Counted from the stretch's first letter, positions 8,549 through 19,594 are shown. The stretch is 64,000 bases of DNA from an uncultured Actinomycetes bacterium (GCA_963762085.1 CAVXJD010000003.1:64506-128505); one strand, 5' to 3'. Translations and numbers: made by a program. The notes: generated from the letters alone by a model not told the origin.

Positions 8549-10249
8549 ATGCAGCTCAGGCTCGATGCCGCCGACAGGCTCGTGGAGCTGGTCGAGGAAC
8601 GGGGCGGCGTCCTCCCGGTCGAGGAGGCGGCCCGGTCGCTCTTCGCCCTCTCGCGGGCACCGGCCGGGCTGGCGCGCGATCTGCTCGCGGACATCGTCGG
8701 CGCAGACTCCCGCCTCGACTGGAGTGGCCGCTCGGTCGGGCTCGCCGGCTCGCAGCTCCCGGCGCTCCCTCTCGAGGCAGCCACGTACGTGGTGGTCGAC
8801 CTCGAGACGACCGGTCTCGCCCCGGGTCGCGCGCGCATTTGCGAGATAGGCGCCGTTCGGGTTCGCGGCCTCGAGCTCGCAGCGGCGTTCGAGAGCCTCG
8901 TCGATCCGGCCGTCGCTCTGCCCGCGAGCATCACGGCGTTGACGGGCCTCTCCGACGCAGACCTCCAGGGAGCGCCGTCGCCCGGGGCCGCGGTCGCCCG
9001 TTTCCTCGACTTCGCCGGCGACTGCGTGCTCGTGGCCCACAATGCGCGGTTCGACGTCGGCTTCCTGAATCACGAGGTCGAGCGCTTGTACGGACGGCGG
9101 CTCGGCTTGCCCGTCCTGGACACCGTCTGGCTGGCGCGGCGGCTGCTCGCGGGTCGAGCCGGACGCGCGAGCCTCGCGTCCCTGGCGTATTTCTTCGGCA
9201 CCTCGACGGAGCCCTGTCACCGGGCGTTGCCCGACGCACGGGCGACGGGCGAGATCCTCGTCCATCTCCTGGGGCTCGCCCAGGAGCGCGGAGCGCGCTC
9301 GGTTGCAGACGTCCTCGAGCTGGCGGCGCCTCGAGCGCGCCGCGTGCACGCGAAGCGCGGGCTCGCTTTCGGGACCCCCGAGCGCCCGGGCGTCTACGTC
9401 TTCCGCGATGTGCACGGACAGGCGCTCTACGTGGGTCGCGCCCGGAACCTCCGGGCCCGGCTTCGCTCCTATTTCCGTTCGGAGAGGCAGCGTCCCGCGG
9501 TCGAGGCGGCCCTCGCAGCGCTCGACCGGATCGAATGGACCATCCTCGGGTCGGAGCTCGAGGCCGGCCTCGAGGAGCTGCGGCTGATCCGCGAGCTCCG
9601 GCCACCGGCCAACGCCCGGAGCGCTCGGCCGGACCGTTACGTCTACCTTCGCCGGCGGGGCGGCACGATGGTGGTCACGTCGCGGCCGGGCGAGCTCGGC
9701 CCGATCCGGAGCCGGCGCCGCGCCGAGCGGGCCGCGCGAGCGCTGGCAGGAAGCTCGGAGGAGGAGCTCGCGCTGATCCGGTCCGGTGGCGCGTTGCCGC
9801 GTCTCCGGGCTCGCCTGCGCGACCTGTCCGAGTCGCTGCGTTACGAGGAGGCGGCGAAGCTGCGTGACCGCATCAAGGGACTCGAGGAGGTAGTGCGCGA
9901 TCTGAGGACGCTTGATCGGCTCCGCTCGCTGGGCGCGTGCCTGGTCGTCCCGGCCCAGGAGCAGGGCTCACTGCGGGGCGTCTTCGTTGCCGGGGGGAAG
10001 GTCGCCTGCGTGCGGACGTTCCCGGCCGCTGGGGCTGCAGCAGTTCTCGAAGTGCGTGCCGGGCTCGCGATCGCCCGGGCGGCGCAGGCTGACGGGACGA
10101 CGTTCGACGCCGAGGCTGCCGACGAGCTTCTCCTCATCGGCTCCTTCCTGCGCCGGCCGCCGCCCGAGCTTTCGGTTTCAACCCTCGACGAAGAGGCGAT
10201 TCTTGCTGTGTGTGCAGGAAAGGGTCGTCTTTGGGCAGGTGTAGCCTAA
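8549..10249 (+). CDS. DEDD 3'-5' exonuclease fused to a GIY-YIG/UVR nuclease (Cho/UvrC-like)
   Basis: 566 aa. Exo motifs VVVDLETTG and AHNARFD. GIY-YIG block PGVYVFRDVHGQALYVGRARNLRARLRSY. UVR-like YEEAAKLRDRI. Confidence 0.8.
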   Translation: MQLRLDAADRLVELVEERGGVLPVEEAARSLFALSRAPAGLARDLLADIVGADSRLDWSGRSVGLAGSQLPALPLEAATYVVVDLETTGLAPGRARICEIGAVRVRGLELAAAFESLVDPAVALPASITALTGLSDADLQGAPSPGAAVARFLDFAGDCVLVAHNARFDVGFLNHEVERLYGRRLGLPVLDTVWLARRLLAGRAGRASLASLAYFFGTSTEPCHRALPDARATGEILVHLLGLAQERGARSVADVLELAAPRARRVHAKRGLAFGTPERPGVYVFRDVHGQALYVGRARNLRARLRSYFRSERQRPAVEAALAALDRIEWTILGSELEAGLEELRLIRELRPPANARSARPDRYVYLRRRGGTMVVTSRPGELGPIRSRRRAERAARALAGSSEEELALIRSGGALPRLRARLRDLSESLRYEEAAKLRDRIKGLEEVVRDLRTLDRLRSLGACLVVPAQEQGSLRGVFVAGGKVACVRTFPAAGAAAVLEVRAGLAIARAAQADGTTFDAEAADELLLIGSFLRRPPPELSVSTLDEEAILAVCAGKGRLWAGVA

Positions 10250-10258
10250 GCTCCGTTC

Positions 10259-11191
10259 ATGAGGCAGGAGCTCGAGGCCGCCGCCACGATCTCGGCGGGA
10301 GCATTCGCTGACCGGGTCGCGGAGGCGGTGGAGCGGAAACGGAGCCAGCTTCTCGTGGGGCTCGACCCGCGTGCAGAGCTCCTGCCGGTCGAGCTTCGGG
10401 CTGGCGCCCATGCCGGCCGGGCGGCGGCGGCTGACGCCTGTGCCCGGTTCTGTACGGGACTCGTGGACGCGGTTTGCCCGTACGTCGTCGGGGTGAAGGT
10501 TCAACTGGCTTTTTTCGAAGCCCTCGGCGCCGACGGGGCACGAGCCTTCGAGGACGTTTGCGCCTATGCGCGCACCGCCGGGCTGATCGTGATCGCGGAC
10601 GGGAAGCGGGGCGACATCGGCTCGACGGCACGAGCGTACGCGGATGCGTACCTCGAAGCGCACGAGGACGGTTCCGCTCCGGCGGTCGATGCGCTCACCG
10701 TGAACCCCTATCTCGGGAGCGACTCCGTCGAGCCGCTGATCGCGGCGTGCCGGCGCTCCGGCACCGGCATCTTCTGTCTCGTCCACACGTCGAACTCCGG
10801 GAGCGTCGACGTCCAGGACCTCGCGACTTCCGACGGCCGGCGGGTCTGGCATCACCTCGCCGAGCTGGTCGATCAGTGGGGCGCGGAGCTCGTCGGAGAC
10901 AGAGGAATCTCGAGCGTCGGCGCGGTAGTCGGCGCGACCTACCCCAGGGCGGTCGGGGAGGCGAGGCGCCTGATGCCGAAAGCCATCCTGCTCCTGCCCG
11001 GGATCGGTGCTCAGGGGGCCACACCCGCGGACGTGGCTCGGGCGTTCACGAGCGGGCCATCCAGTGCGCTCGTGCCGGTCTCCCGCTCGATCATCTACGC
11101 ATTTCGGGTCGACGGGGCGGACTGGCGGAAGGCGGCCGCGGCCGAGGCTGCGCGCTTGCGGCGGGAGGTCTGGGGGGTAGCCGGGTGGTAG
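10259..11191 (+). CDS. pyrF: orotidine 5'-phosphate decarboxylase, long (type 2) form
   Basis: 310 aa. Contains VKVQLAFFEALG and ADGKRGDIGSTARAYA motifs. Confidence 0.85.
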   Translation: MRQELEAAATISAGAFADRVAEAVERKRSQLLVGLDPRAELLPVELRAGAHAGRAAAADACARFCTGLVDAVCPYVVGVKVQLAFFEALGADGARAFEDVCAYARTAGLIVIADGKRGDIGSTARAYADAYLEAHEDGSAPAVDALTVNPYLGSDSVEPLIAACRRSGTGIFCLVHTSNSGSVDVQDLATSDGRRVWHHLAELVDQWGAELVGDRGISSVGAVVGATYPRAVGEARRLMPKAILLLPGIGAQGATPADVARAFTSGPSSALVPVSRSIIYAFRVDGADWRKAAAAEAARLRREVWGVAGW

Positions 11192-11541
11192 ACCCCGACC
11201 AGCTCCGCGATTGGGGCCCGCGTCTGCTTGCGCCGCTCGCCTTCTTCGTGGCAGCGACGGTGCTCGTGCTCGTCGTCCATCGCGCTCTGAACGCTGACAG
11301 CGGCGCGACCCCGACCCCGGCGCCCAGGGTCACTGAGCCCGGGACGAGCGTGACCCAGCCCGCGACGAGCACCAGGGACGAGGCCCCTCCCGCGAAGAAG
11401 AAGTTCTACCGCGTGCAACCCGGCGACACCCTTGATGCGATCGCGGCGCGCTTCAAGACGACGACTGCGGACCTGATCACGCTCAACCCCGAGATCGACC
11501 CGTTGTCACTGAGCGTGGGCCAGCGAATAAGAATCCGTTAA
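11185..11541 (+). CDS. membrane-anchored LysM domain protein
   Basis: The in-frame GTG at 11185 overlaps the pyrF stop. One TM helix is followed by a C-terminal LysM domain, YRVQPGDTLDAIAARFKTTTADLITLNPEI...GQRIRI. Confidence 0.75.
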   Translation: MVDPDQLRDWGPRLLAPLAFFVAATVLVLVVHRALNADSGATPTPAPRVTEPGTSVTQPATSTRDEAPPAKKKFYRVQPGDTLDAIAARFKTTTADLITLNPEIDPLSLSVGQRIRIR

Positions 11542-11548
11542 CCGACCT

Positions 11549-11609
11549 CTAAGAGAGCTTGTCGAAACGCAGCAGTGCCGTCGAGCGGCGATTCAACAAT
11601 CTCCCCTAG
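11549..11609 (+). repeat. 61-bp short member of the CTAG-bounded palindromic repeat family
   Basis: CTAAGAGAGCTTGTCGAAACGCAGCAGTGCCGTCG...CGATTCAACAATCTCCCCTAG. It shares both termini with the 168/170-bp copies at 44598 and 54729. Confidence 0.7.
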
Positions 11610-11935
11610 CCGTCGCGGGAGAGCTCGCGCCGTCGCTGCTCGGCACGGACTTTCTTGGCCGCGTGGACACCGGCAAGCGCGATCGTCATGAATGGGTTCC
11701 CGAGGGTGCGGGCACGGACCATGCCCACCTCGACGCGCCGCTCCCGGCGAGGGATTCTGAGGTGGCGCGGCGGACTGTCCAGAGGAACGACACGTTCCCG
11801 GCCCTTCCTCTCTTCGCCCGTCCAGACAAAGAATCGCGTCGGACGCAGATCGAAGCCGCCGAGTGACCCGATCTGCACCTCGAACGAGCGCTCGACCCCG
11901 CGGACGCGCACGGGCTTTGTCTCCTCGGACCCCAT
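11606..11935 (-). CDS. hypothetical protein
   Basis: 109 aa with high GC3. It is the only sizeable ORF in the gap. I recognise no family. Confidence 0.35.
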   Translation of the reverse strand: MGSEETKPVRVRGVERSFEVQIGSLGGFDLRPTRFFVWTGEERKGRERVVPLDSPPRHLRIPRRERRVEVGMVRARTLGNPFMTIALAGVHAAKKVRAEQRRRELSRDG

Positions 11936-11962
11936 CGCCGACCCATTCTAGTCCCCGCTAGA

Positions 11963-13111
11963 TTGGCCACCGTGCGCCGCCGGTTAGTGCTCGTCCTCGT
12001 CGCTCTGGCGGTCGCGACACCCGCCGAGGCGGCCGTCGATACACCATCGTCGAGCGCCCGCGCGGTGCTCGTCGCGACCGGGGCTGGAGAGGTGCTCTAC
12101 GAGCGGAGCGCGGAACGGGAACTCCCGATGGCGAGTATCACGAAGCTGATGACCGCGATCGTGGTGCTCGAGCGCAAGCGGCCCGGTGACCTGATGACCG
12201 TTCGCGAGACCGCTGCGGGAGTGGGCGAGTCGAGCGTGCACCTTCTGGTCGGCGAGAAGCTGAGTGTCCGCGACCTTCTCGCCGCGGCGCTGATCCAGAG
12301 CGCGAACGACGCCGCCTTTGCGCTGGCGGCCGGCACGGCAGGCAGCGTCTCGGAATTCGTCGGGCTCATGAACGTGAAGGCGCGGCAGCTCGGTCTCACG
12401 CACACGCACTTCGTCCGCCCTGACGGCCTCGATGTCCCGGGCCACTACTCCTCCGCCCGGGACGTCCTGAAGCTCGCGCGGGTGGCGATGAAGAAGCCGC
12501 TCGTGCGGCGCCTCGTGGCCATGCAGAGCGCCACGATCGCGGGGGGCCGCTCCCTGTTCTCCTGGAACGACCTGCTCGGTCGCTACCCGGGGCTGATCGG
12601 GGTCAAGACGGGCCACACCGACGCCGCCGGCTGGTGCGAGGTTGCGGCAGCACGGCGCGACGGAGTCACGATCTACACGGTCGTCCTCGGCAGCCCGACC
12701 CGTGCACAGCGGAACGCCGACCTCGCACGTCTGCTGGCCTGGGGCCAGGACTTCTTCGGCCGCCTTCAGGTCGTCTCAACCGGCCACACATACGCGACGT
12801 CGGCGATCAGGCTCGAAGAAGATCGGCTACCGCTCGTCGCGGCCCGCCCGATGCGCGCGGTCGTCCGCGTCGACCAGCCCCTCGTTGAGACCGTCGTCGC
12901 CCCCGCGCTCGTGGCGGGGCCCGTGGAGGCCGGTGCGAGCCTCGGCGAGGTACGGGTCGAGCAGAAGGGGCGGATCATCGCCAGGGTGCCGCTCGTTGCG
13001 GCCCGAAAAGTCGAGGAGCCGGGGTTAGGCCACAAGCTGTCCTGGTACTCTGGGCGAACGCTCGACGAGGCCAGCGACCTGCTCGAGACGGTCTTCGGGA
13101 GCATCTTATGA
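11963..13111 (+). CDS. serine-type D-Ala-D-Ala carboxypeptidase (PBP5/S11-like)
   Basis: 382 aa with a signal-like N-terminus. Motifs SITK, SAND and KTGHT are present. The start is TTG 11963 or the in-frame GTG 11972. Confidence 0.85.
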   Translation: MATVRRRLVLVLVALAVATPAEAAVDTPSSSARAVLVATGAGEVLYERSAERELPMASITKLMTAIVVLERKRPGDLMTVRETAAGVGESSVHLLVGEKLSVRDLLAAALIQSANDAAFALAAGTAGSVSEFVGLMNVKARQLGLTHTHFVRPDGLDVPGHYSSARDVLKLARVAMKKPLVRRLVAMQSATIAGGRSLFSWNDLLGRYPGLIGVKTGHTDAAGWCEVAAARRDGVTIYTVVLGSPTRAQRNADLARLLAWGQDFFGRLQVVSTGHTYATSAIRLEEDRLPLVAARPMRAVVRVDQPLVETVVAPALVAGPVEAGASLGEVRVEQKGRIIARVPLVAARKVEEPGLGHKLSWYSGRTLDEASDLLETVFGSIL

Positions 13112-14067
13112 TTGTCACCGTCACGCTCAATGCGGCCATGGACCGAACGCTGTCCGTGCCGAACCTGCAGCTTGGCCAGCGCCACCGCGCCAGCCTCAGC
13201 TTCGCGAGCTCCGGCGGCAAGGGAATCAACATTGCGCGGGCGCTGAAGCGGCTCGGCGTCCCCGTCGTGGCGACGGGCCTCGCCGGCGGCCGGAACGGCA
13301 CGCTGATCGTCGAGGACCTGACGAGCGAGGGCATCCTCAACGACTTCGTGCGGATCCGAGGCGACTCGCGGACGTCCCTCGCGGTGCTCGACCCGATCTC
13401 GGGCGCCCACACCGAGATCAACGAGTGGGGGCCGGAGGTCGACGAGAGCGAGCTCGAGATCCTGCGGGAGAAGCTCGACTACCTGACGAGCGGGGCCGAG
13501 TTCGTCGTGCTCGCCGGCTCGCTCCCCCGCGGTGTCGACCCCGGGTTCTACGGCGATCTGATCAGAGACCTGAACCGTAAGCACGTCCTCTCCGTTCTCG
13601 ACTGCGACGGTGAGCCCCTGCGGCTCGGGGTCGAGGCCGAGCCCTACCTCGTCTCACCCAACATGACCGAGGCGGAGCCGCTCGTCGGACACGAGTTCAC
13701 GGATCCTGAGGATCTCGTGACCGGGCTCGACGAGATCGCCGAGCTCGGGGCTCGAAACGTCGTCCTGACGGTGCCTGACGGCTGTTACGCCCTGCTGCGG
13801 GAGGACCGCAGCGAGCACCGGCTGCGTGGTCGGGCGCCGATTCTGGAAGCCGTCTCTGCCGTCGGTGCGGGGGACGTCCTGCTCGCGGCCTTCATCGCAG
13901 CCCGTGCGGCGGGCCGTCCGCTCGAGGATGCGGTGCGGAGCGCCGTCGCGGCCGGAGCAGCCTCGGTCCTCGAAGCCGGAGCCGGGCGGTTCGACCCCCG
14001 GGAGGCGAGTCGCCTCGCGGGCCTGGTCGAGGTCGACCAGCTCGACCCAGTCGGCCAGGACGCCTAG
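13108..14067 (+). CDS. PfkB-family sugar-phosphate kinase (1-phosphofructokinase-like)
   Basis: 319 aa. Contains MIVTVTLNAAMDRT and the C-terminal VGAGDVLLAAF signature. Confidence 0.8.
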   Translation: MIVTVTLNAAMDRTLSVPNLQLGQRHRASLSFASSGGKGINIARALKRLGVPVVATGLAGGRNGTLIVEDLTSEGILNDFVRIRGDSRTSLAVLDPISGAHTEINEWGPEVDESELEILREKLDYLTSGAEFVVLAGSLPRGVDPGFYGDLIRDLNRKHVLSVLDCDGEPLRLGVEAEPYLVSPNMTEAEPLVGHEFTDPEDLVTGLDEIAELGARNVVLTVPDGCYALLREDRSEHRLRGRAPILEAVSAVGAGDVLLAAFIAARAAGRPLEDAVRSAVAAGAASVLEAGAGRFDPREASRLAGLVEVDQLDPVGQDA

Positions 14068-14127
14068 CTTAAGCCTGCCGGGCCGTCTGGCGAGGCTGGT
14101 AGGATCGTGTCACTTGAGAGGCGATAG

Positions 14128-15711
<1,584 letters not shown>

Positions 15712-15718
15712 CGGACTG

Positions 15719-17293
15719 ATGGGCCAGGTCCTTCCGATTCCGGAGCCGCCCGTCGAGGAGCGGCCTGTCCTGGTCGTCGACATGGGTGGCCAGTACTCGC
15801 AGCTGATCGCTCGCAGGGTGCGTGAGTGCCGGGTCTATTCGGAGCTTGTGCCCCACACGATGTCCGTGGACGCGATGCGCGCCCGCCGCCCGCTCGGCCT
15901 GATCCTCTCCGGTGGGCCCGCGTCGGTGTACGCGGACGATGCGCCCCAGCTCGATCCGGGAATCTACGAGCTTGGCGTGCCGATGCTGGGCATCTGCTAC
16001 GGCATGCAGCTGATCGCACACCAGCTGGACGGTGAGGTCGATCGCACCGACCGGGCAGAGTTCGGACGCTCGGAGCTCAAGGCGGAGGCAGGAAGCGCCC
16101 TCTTCGAAGGGCTCCCGTCCGAGCAGGCCTGCTGGATGAGCCACCGGGACTCGGTGGTCGCGCCTCCGTCAGGCTCGCGCGTAACCGCATCCTCGCCCTC
16201 AGCGCCGATTGCCGCGTTCGAGGCGCCCGACCGCGGCCTCTACGGCGTCCAGTTTCACCCCGAGGTCGTGCACACGCCGCACGGCATGGACATCCTCAAG
16301 AACTTCCTCTTCCGCGTCGCGGACGCTCCGCCGGTCTGGACGCCGACGGCCGTGATCGAGGAGGAAACCGCCCGCATCCGCTCCCAGGTGGGAAGCGACC
16401 GCGTGCTCTGCGCGCTGTCGGGGGGAGTCGACTCGGCGGTGGCGGCGCTCCTCGTTCACCGGGCGGTCGGAGAGCAGCTGACCTGCGTCTTCGTCGACCA
16501 CGGGTTGCTTCGTAAGGACGAGGCGATCCAGGTCGTCGAGACCTTCGAGCGCCACTTTCAGGTGCCGCTCGTGCACGTCGATGCCCGCGAGCGGTTCCTC
16601 GCGAGGCTCGAAGGCGTCACCGATCCGGAGGAAAAACGGAAGCGGATCGGCGAGGAGTTCATCCGCGTCTTCGAGGAGGAGTCGCGGCGGCTCGGCACGA
16701 TCCGCCACCTCGTCCAGGGAACGCTCTATTCCGACGTGATCGAGTCGGGCGGCTCGGGAGACGGCGTCGCCGCGACGATCAAGTCGCACCACAACGTGGG
16801 TGGCCTACCGGAGGAGATGGACTTTGAGCTCGTCGAGCCCCTGCGCATGCTCTTCAAGGACGAGGTGCGTCGGGTCGGCGAGGAGCTGGGTCTTCCTGAC
16901 GGAATGGTCTGGCGCCAGCCGTTTCCCGGCCCCGGGCTGGCGATCCGCATCATCGGCGAGGTGACGGAAGAGCGGCTCGAGCTGGTCCGGGAGGCGGACG
17001 CCGTCCTCCAGGAAGAGATCCGCCGCGCGGGGCTGTACAAGGATCTCTGGCAGAGCTTCTGCGTCCTACCTGCGGTCCGCTCGGTTGGCGTGCAGGGTGA
17101 CGGCCGCACCTACGCCTATCCGATTGTGATCCGAGCCGTCACGTCCGACGACGCCATGACCGCCGACTGGGCCAGGCTCCCGTACGACCTGCTCGAGACG
17201 ATCTCGAGCCGGATCATCAACGAGATCCCAGGCATCAACCGCGTGGCACTTGATCTGTCGTCCAAGCCGCCGGCGACGATCGAATGGGAGTAA
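15719..17293 (+). CDS. guaA: GMP synthase (glutamine-hydrolysing)
   Basis: 524 aa. GATase domain (GICYGMQL), ATP-PPase P-loop SGGVDSAV, and the C-terminal dimerisation domain ending PPATIEWE. Confidence 0.95.
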   Translation: MGQVLPIPEPPVEERPVLVVDMGGQYSQLIARRVRECRVYSELVPHTMSVDAMRARRPLGLILSGGPASVYADDAPQLDPGIYELGVPMLGICYGMQLIAHQLDGEVDRTDRAEFGRSELKAEAGSALFEGLPSEQACWMSHRDSVVAPPSGSRVTASSPSAPIAAFEAPDRGLYGVQFHPEVVHTPHGMDILKNFLFRVADAPPVWTPTAVIEEETARIRSQVGSDRVLCALSGGVDSAVAALLVHRAVGEQLTCVFVDHGLLRKDEAIQVVETFERHFQVPLVHVDARERFLARLEGVTDPEEKRKRIGEEFIRVFEEESRRLGTIRHLVQGTLYSDVIESGGSGDGVAATIKSHHNVGGLPEEMDFELVEPLRMLFKDEVRRVGEELGLPDGMVWRQPFPGPGLAIRIIGEVTEERLELVREADAVLQEEIRRAGLYKDLWQSFCVLPAVRSVGVQGDGRTYAYPIVIRAVTSDDAMTADWARLPYDLLETISSRIINEIPGINRVALDLSSKPPATIEWE

Positions 17294-17306
17294 CCAGCCT
17301 CTCCGA

Positions 17307-17630
17307 CTAGTCTGCCTGGTCGACGGCTTCTTCGGCCGCCTCGCCGTGCTCGACGATGTCTCCGGGCTTGAAGAGGACCTTTTCGAGGGCGACGTGCCAC
17401 TTCTCGTTGCGGCGGATGAGGAACTCCAGATCCATCGCGAAATGCTTGAACTCCTCCTGCTGCGCGTTCTCCATGATCGCGCGCGCCTCTGCGTCCTGCT
17501 CGAGTGCGAGGCGCTGCTCATACCAGCCGATCGCCTCTGCCTCCTCGATTAGCGAGGTGCACATGCGCGCAAACGTTCTGGTCTCATCCGGCAGCTCGGC
17601 CGCCGGTTCGTGGTACTGCTCGAATCCCAC
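17307..17630 (-). CDS. encapsulated-ferritin-like (EncFtn family) ferroxidase, without targeting tail
   Basis: 107 aa. HEPAAELPDETRTFARMCTSLIEEAEAIGWYEQR...NAQQEEFKHFAMDLEFLIRRNEKW matches the EncFtn di-iron ligand pattern (E...ExxH). The acidic C-terminus lacks a GSL-type localisation peptide. Confidence 0.65.
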   Translation of the reverse strand: MGFEQYHEPAAELPDETRTFARMCTSLIEEAEAIGWYEQRLALEQDAEARAIMENAQQEEFKHFAMDLEFLIRRNEKWHVALEKVLFKPGDIVEHGEAAEEAVDQAD

Positions 17631-17642
17631 CTGAGCCCCTTT

Positions 17643-17909
17643 CTAGTCGGCGTGAAACCCCCGGAGCCCCTCAGGCTCCTCCTCGACGGTATCGACCCGG
17701 TCCACGCGTGCGGCCGGCGGCCCTTCGCCCGCGACTGCGAGGAGCCGCTCGACCGCGTCCGGTTCGCCCTCGAAAACCGCTTCCAGGGTTCCATTGGGCT
17801 TGTTCTCGGCCCACCCCGCGACGCTCTCCTGCACCGCATGATGGGCGAGCGTGGAGCGGAAGAAGACTCCCTGGACGCGCCCGTGGACAACGACCCGGCG
17901 CCGGATCAC
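17643..17909 (-). CDS. acyP: acylphosphatase
   Basis: The in-frame GTG at 17909 gives an 88-aa protein, VIRRRVVVHGRVQGVFFRS...GWAENKPNGTLEAVFEG. GTGA overlap with the upstream MFS gene. The rest of the 331-aa track ORF is artefact. Confidence 0.85.
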   Translation of the reverse strand: MIRRRVVVHGRVQGVFFRSTLAHHAVQESVAGWAENKPNGTLEAVFEGEPDAVERLLAVAGEGPPAARVDRVDTVEEEPEGLRGFHAD

Positions 17910-19036
17910 GCTTCGCGCCCCGCGTACCGTGGGAACCAGGGCAGGAGCAGCAGAGCGACCAGAAGCGTGAGCCCGGCGGCGAGGTAGAACGGGGCGCGTG
18001 TGTCGAAGTCGAAGAGAGGGATGTAGATGAGCGGTGCGATCGCGACCCCGGCGAACTTGAAAGCGCTGTAGACGGAGGTCGCCCCGGCCCGGTTGCCGGG
18101 GAAGGACTCGACTGTGATCGTGTTCAGTCCGGCCCACGCGAATGCCGATGCACAGCCGACTGCGAGGTAGACGAGCGCGAGGCTCCACGCCGTGGGAGCG
18201 TAGGCAAGCCCGAGGACTCCGGCGGCGCAGGCAAGCGCGCCCGCGAACGCCGTCCGGGGCCGCCCGAGCCGGTCGACCGCAGATCCTGCGTATCGGCCGA
18301 AAGCGATCGCGCCGACGCCGTACCCGGCGGCGACGAGGCCCAGGAGTCCCGATCCGAGCCCGAACTCCCGGTCGGCGACGAGCACGACTACGAACCCGAT
18401 CGCTGTGAACCCGAGGTAGCCGAGCATCGCCTTGGCTGCGAGGAGCGCGATCCAGCGGTTTGCCAGGGATCGCAAGCTGCCTTCCCCGCGCGCGTCTTCC
18501 TCGATTGCCCCGAGTGACCGGCGCGGGAGCGCCAGCACAGCCGAGACGACTGCCACGAGGACAAAGGCGAGGCGCCACGACACCTCGCCCAGGGCGCCGC
18601 CGATCGCGGGTGCAAACGTCACTCCCGCAGCCTGCCACGCCGCGAACGTTCCCACGCTTCGGCCCAGCACCTCGGGTGCAACGACCTCCGTGAGCGCCGC
18701 GAGGAGGATGGGGGAGAGGAACGCGTTGGCCGCCCCCATGAGGGCCCGGCCGGCGAGAAACACCCAGATCGACGGGGAGAACGCACAGACGAGGGCCGCG
18801 CAGCCGTAGACGAGGTAGCCGGTCCGGACGACCCGCCGCGGCCCCAGCCGGTTCGCGAGCGTCCCTGACACGAGCTGAAGGACGGCGAACGGCACCATGT
18901 ACACGGTGATCGCGCCGGCGACGAGCGCGAGCGACGTGTTCAGGCCCTCGGCCACGTTCGGGATCAACGCGATCAGCATCGCGCCTCCGAACGGGCCCAG
19001 GAACCCGCCCGTGTAGAGGGGTAAGGTCAGCCGCAC
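17906..19036 (-). CDS. MFS transporter
   Basis: 376 aa, about 12 TM segments, with an MFS-like loop motif. Confidence 0.8.
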   Translation of the reverse strand: MRLTLPLYTGGFLGPFGGAMLIALIPNVAEGLNTSLALVAGAITVYMVPFAVLQLVSGTLANRLGPRRVVRTGYLVYGCAALVCAFSPSIWVFLAGRALMGAANAFLSPILLAALTEVVAPEVLGRSVGTFAAWQAAGVTFAPAIGGALGEVSWRLAFVLVAVVSAVLALPRRSLGAIEEDARGEGSLRSLANRWIALLAAKAMLGYLGFTAIGFVVVLVADREFGLGSGLLGLVAAGYGVGAIAFGRYAGSAVDRLGRPRTAFAGALACAAGVLGLAYAPTAWSLALVYLAVGCASAFAWAGLNTITVESFPGNRAGATSVYSAFKFAGVAIAPLIYIPLFDFDTRAPFYLAAGLTLLVALLLLPWFPRYAGREA

Positions 19037-19057
19037 GCGCCTAGGCTACGCAGGACC

Positions 19058-19594
19058 GTGGTGGAGGCTCTGGCCAAGGCGCAGATCGGAGAGACGTTCA
19101 ACTTCTACCGCCGCGGTCCCGGCGCGGGCGTTCGCCGAGCGCGGCTCGCGGACTATCTCGAGCTGCACGCCGACGCACCCCTTCTCCTCGTCGCCGAGGC
19201 GCCGGGCTTTCGCGGCACGCGGATCAGCGGCATCCCGCTCACCTCGGAGCGCCAACTCTCGGGGACCGGCCCAGCCGAGGCGACCGCGACGATCGTGCAC
19301 CGCGTCCTCGCCGAGCTCGGGCTCCTGCAGTCCGTGCTTCTCTGGAACGTCGTCCCGACGCATCCACACCTGCCATGGAAGCCGGCCTCGAACCGACGCC
19401 CGACGCGCGCCGAGGTCGAGGCCTCACGCCCCTTCCTCGACGCGCTTGCCCATGGCCGCCGTGTCCTGGCGGTTGGACGAGTCGCCGAGTCGGCCCTCGG
19501 GATGCCGGGCGTCAGGCACCCCTCGCACGGTGGCGCCATCGCGTTCCGGGCGGGGCTGATGAAATACGCCCGTGAGCTCGGTCTCGGCCGGTAG
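19058..19594 (+). CDS. uracil-DNA glycosylase superfamily protein
   Basis: 178 aa. Motif LLLVAEAPGFRGTRISGIPLTS resembles the family 4/5 GEAPG motif. A C-terminal HPSHG-type motif is present. Confidence 0.7.
   Translation: MVEALAKAQIGETFNFYRRGPGAGVRRARLADYLELHADAPLLLVAEAPGFRGTRISGIPLTSERQLSGTGPAEATATIVHRVLAELGLLQSVLLWNVVPTHPHLPWKPASNRRPTRAEVEASRPFLDALAHGRRVLAVGRVAESALGMPGVRHPSHGGAIAFRAGLMKYARELGLGR

Noticed and set aside
11192-11541. A c-di-AMP (ydaO-type) riboswitch, which often precedes LysM and cell-wall hydrolase genes in actinobacteria
   Set aside because: The LysM ORF start overlaps the pyrF stop, so there is no leader in which a riboswitch could reside.
17307-19036. An encapsulin nanocompartment operon around the EncFtn-like gene
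   Set aside because: The neighbours are an acylphosphatase gene, an MFS transporter gene and convergent guaA. No HK97-fold shell gene and no targeting peptide are visible, so only the orphan ferroxidase is reported.
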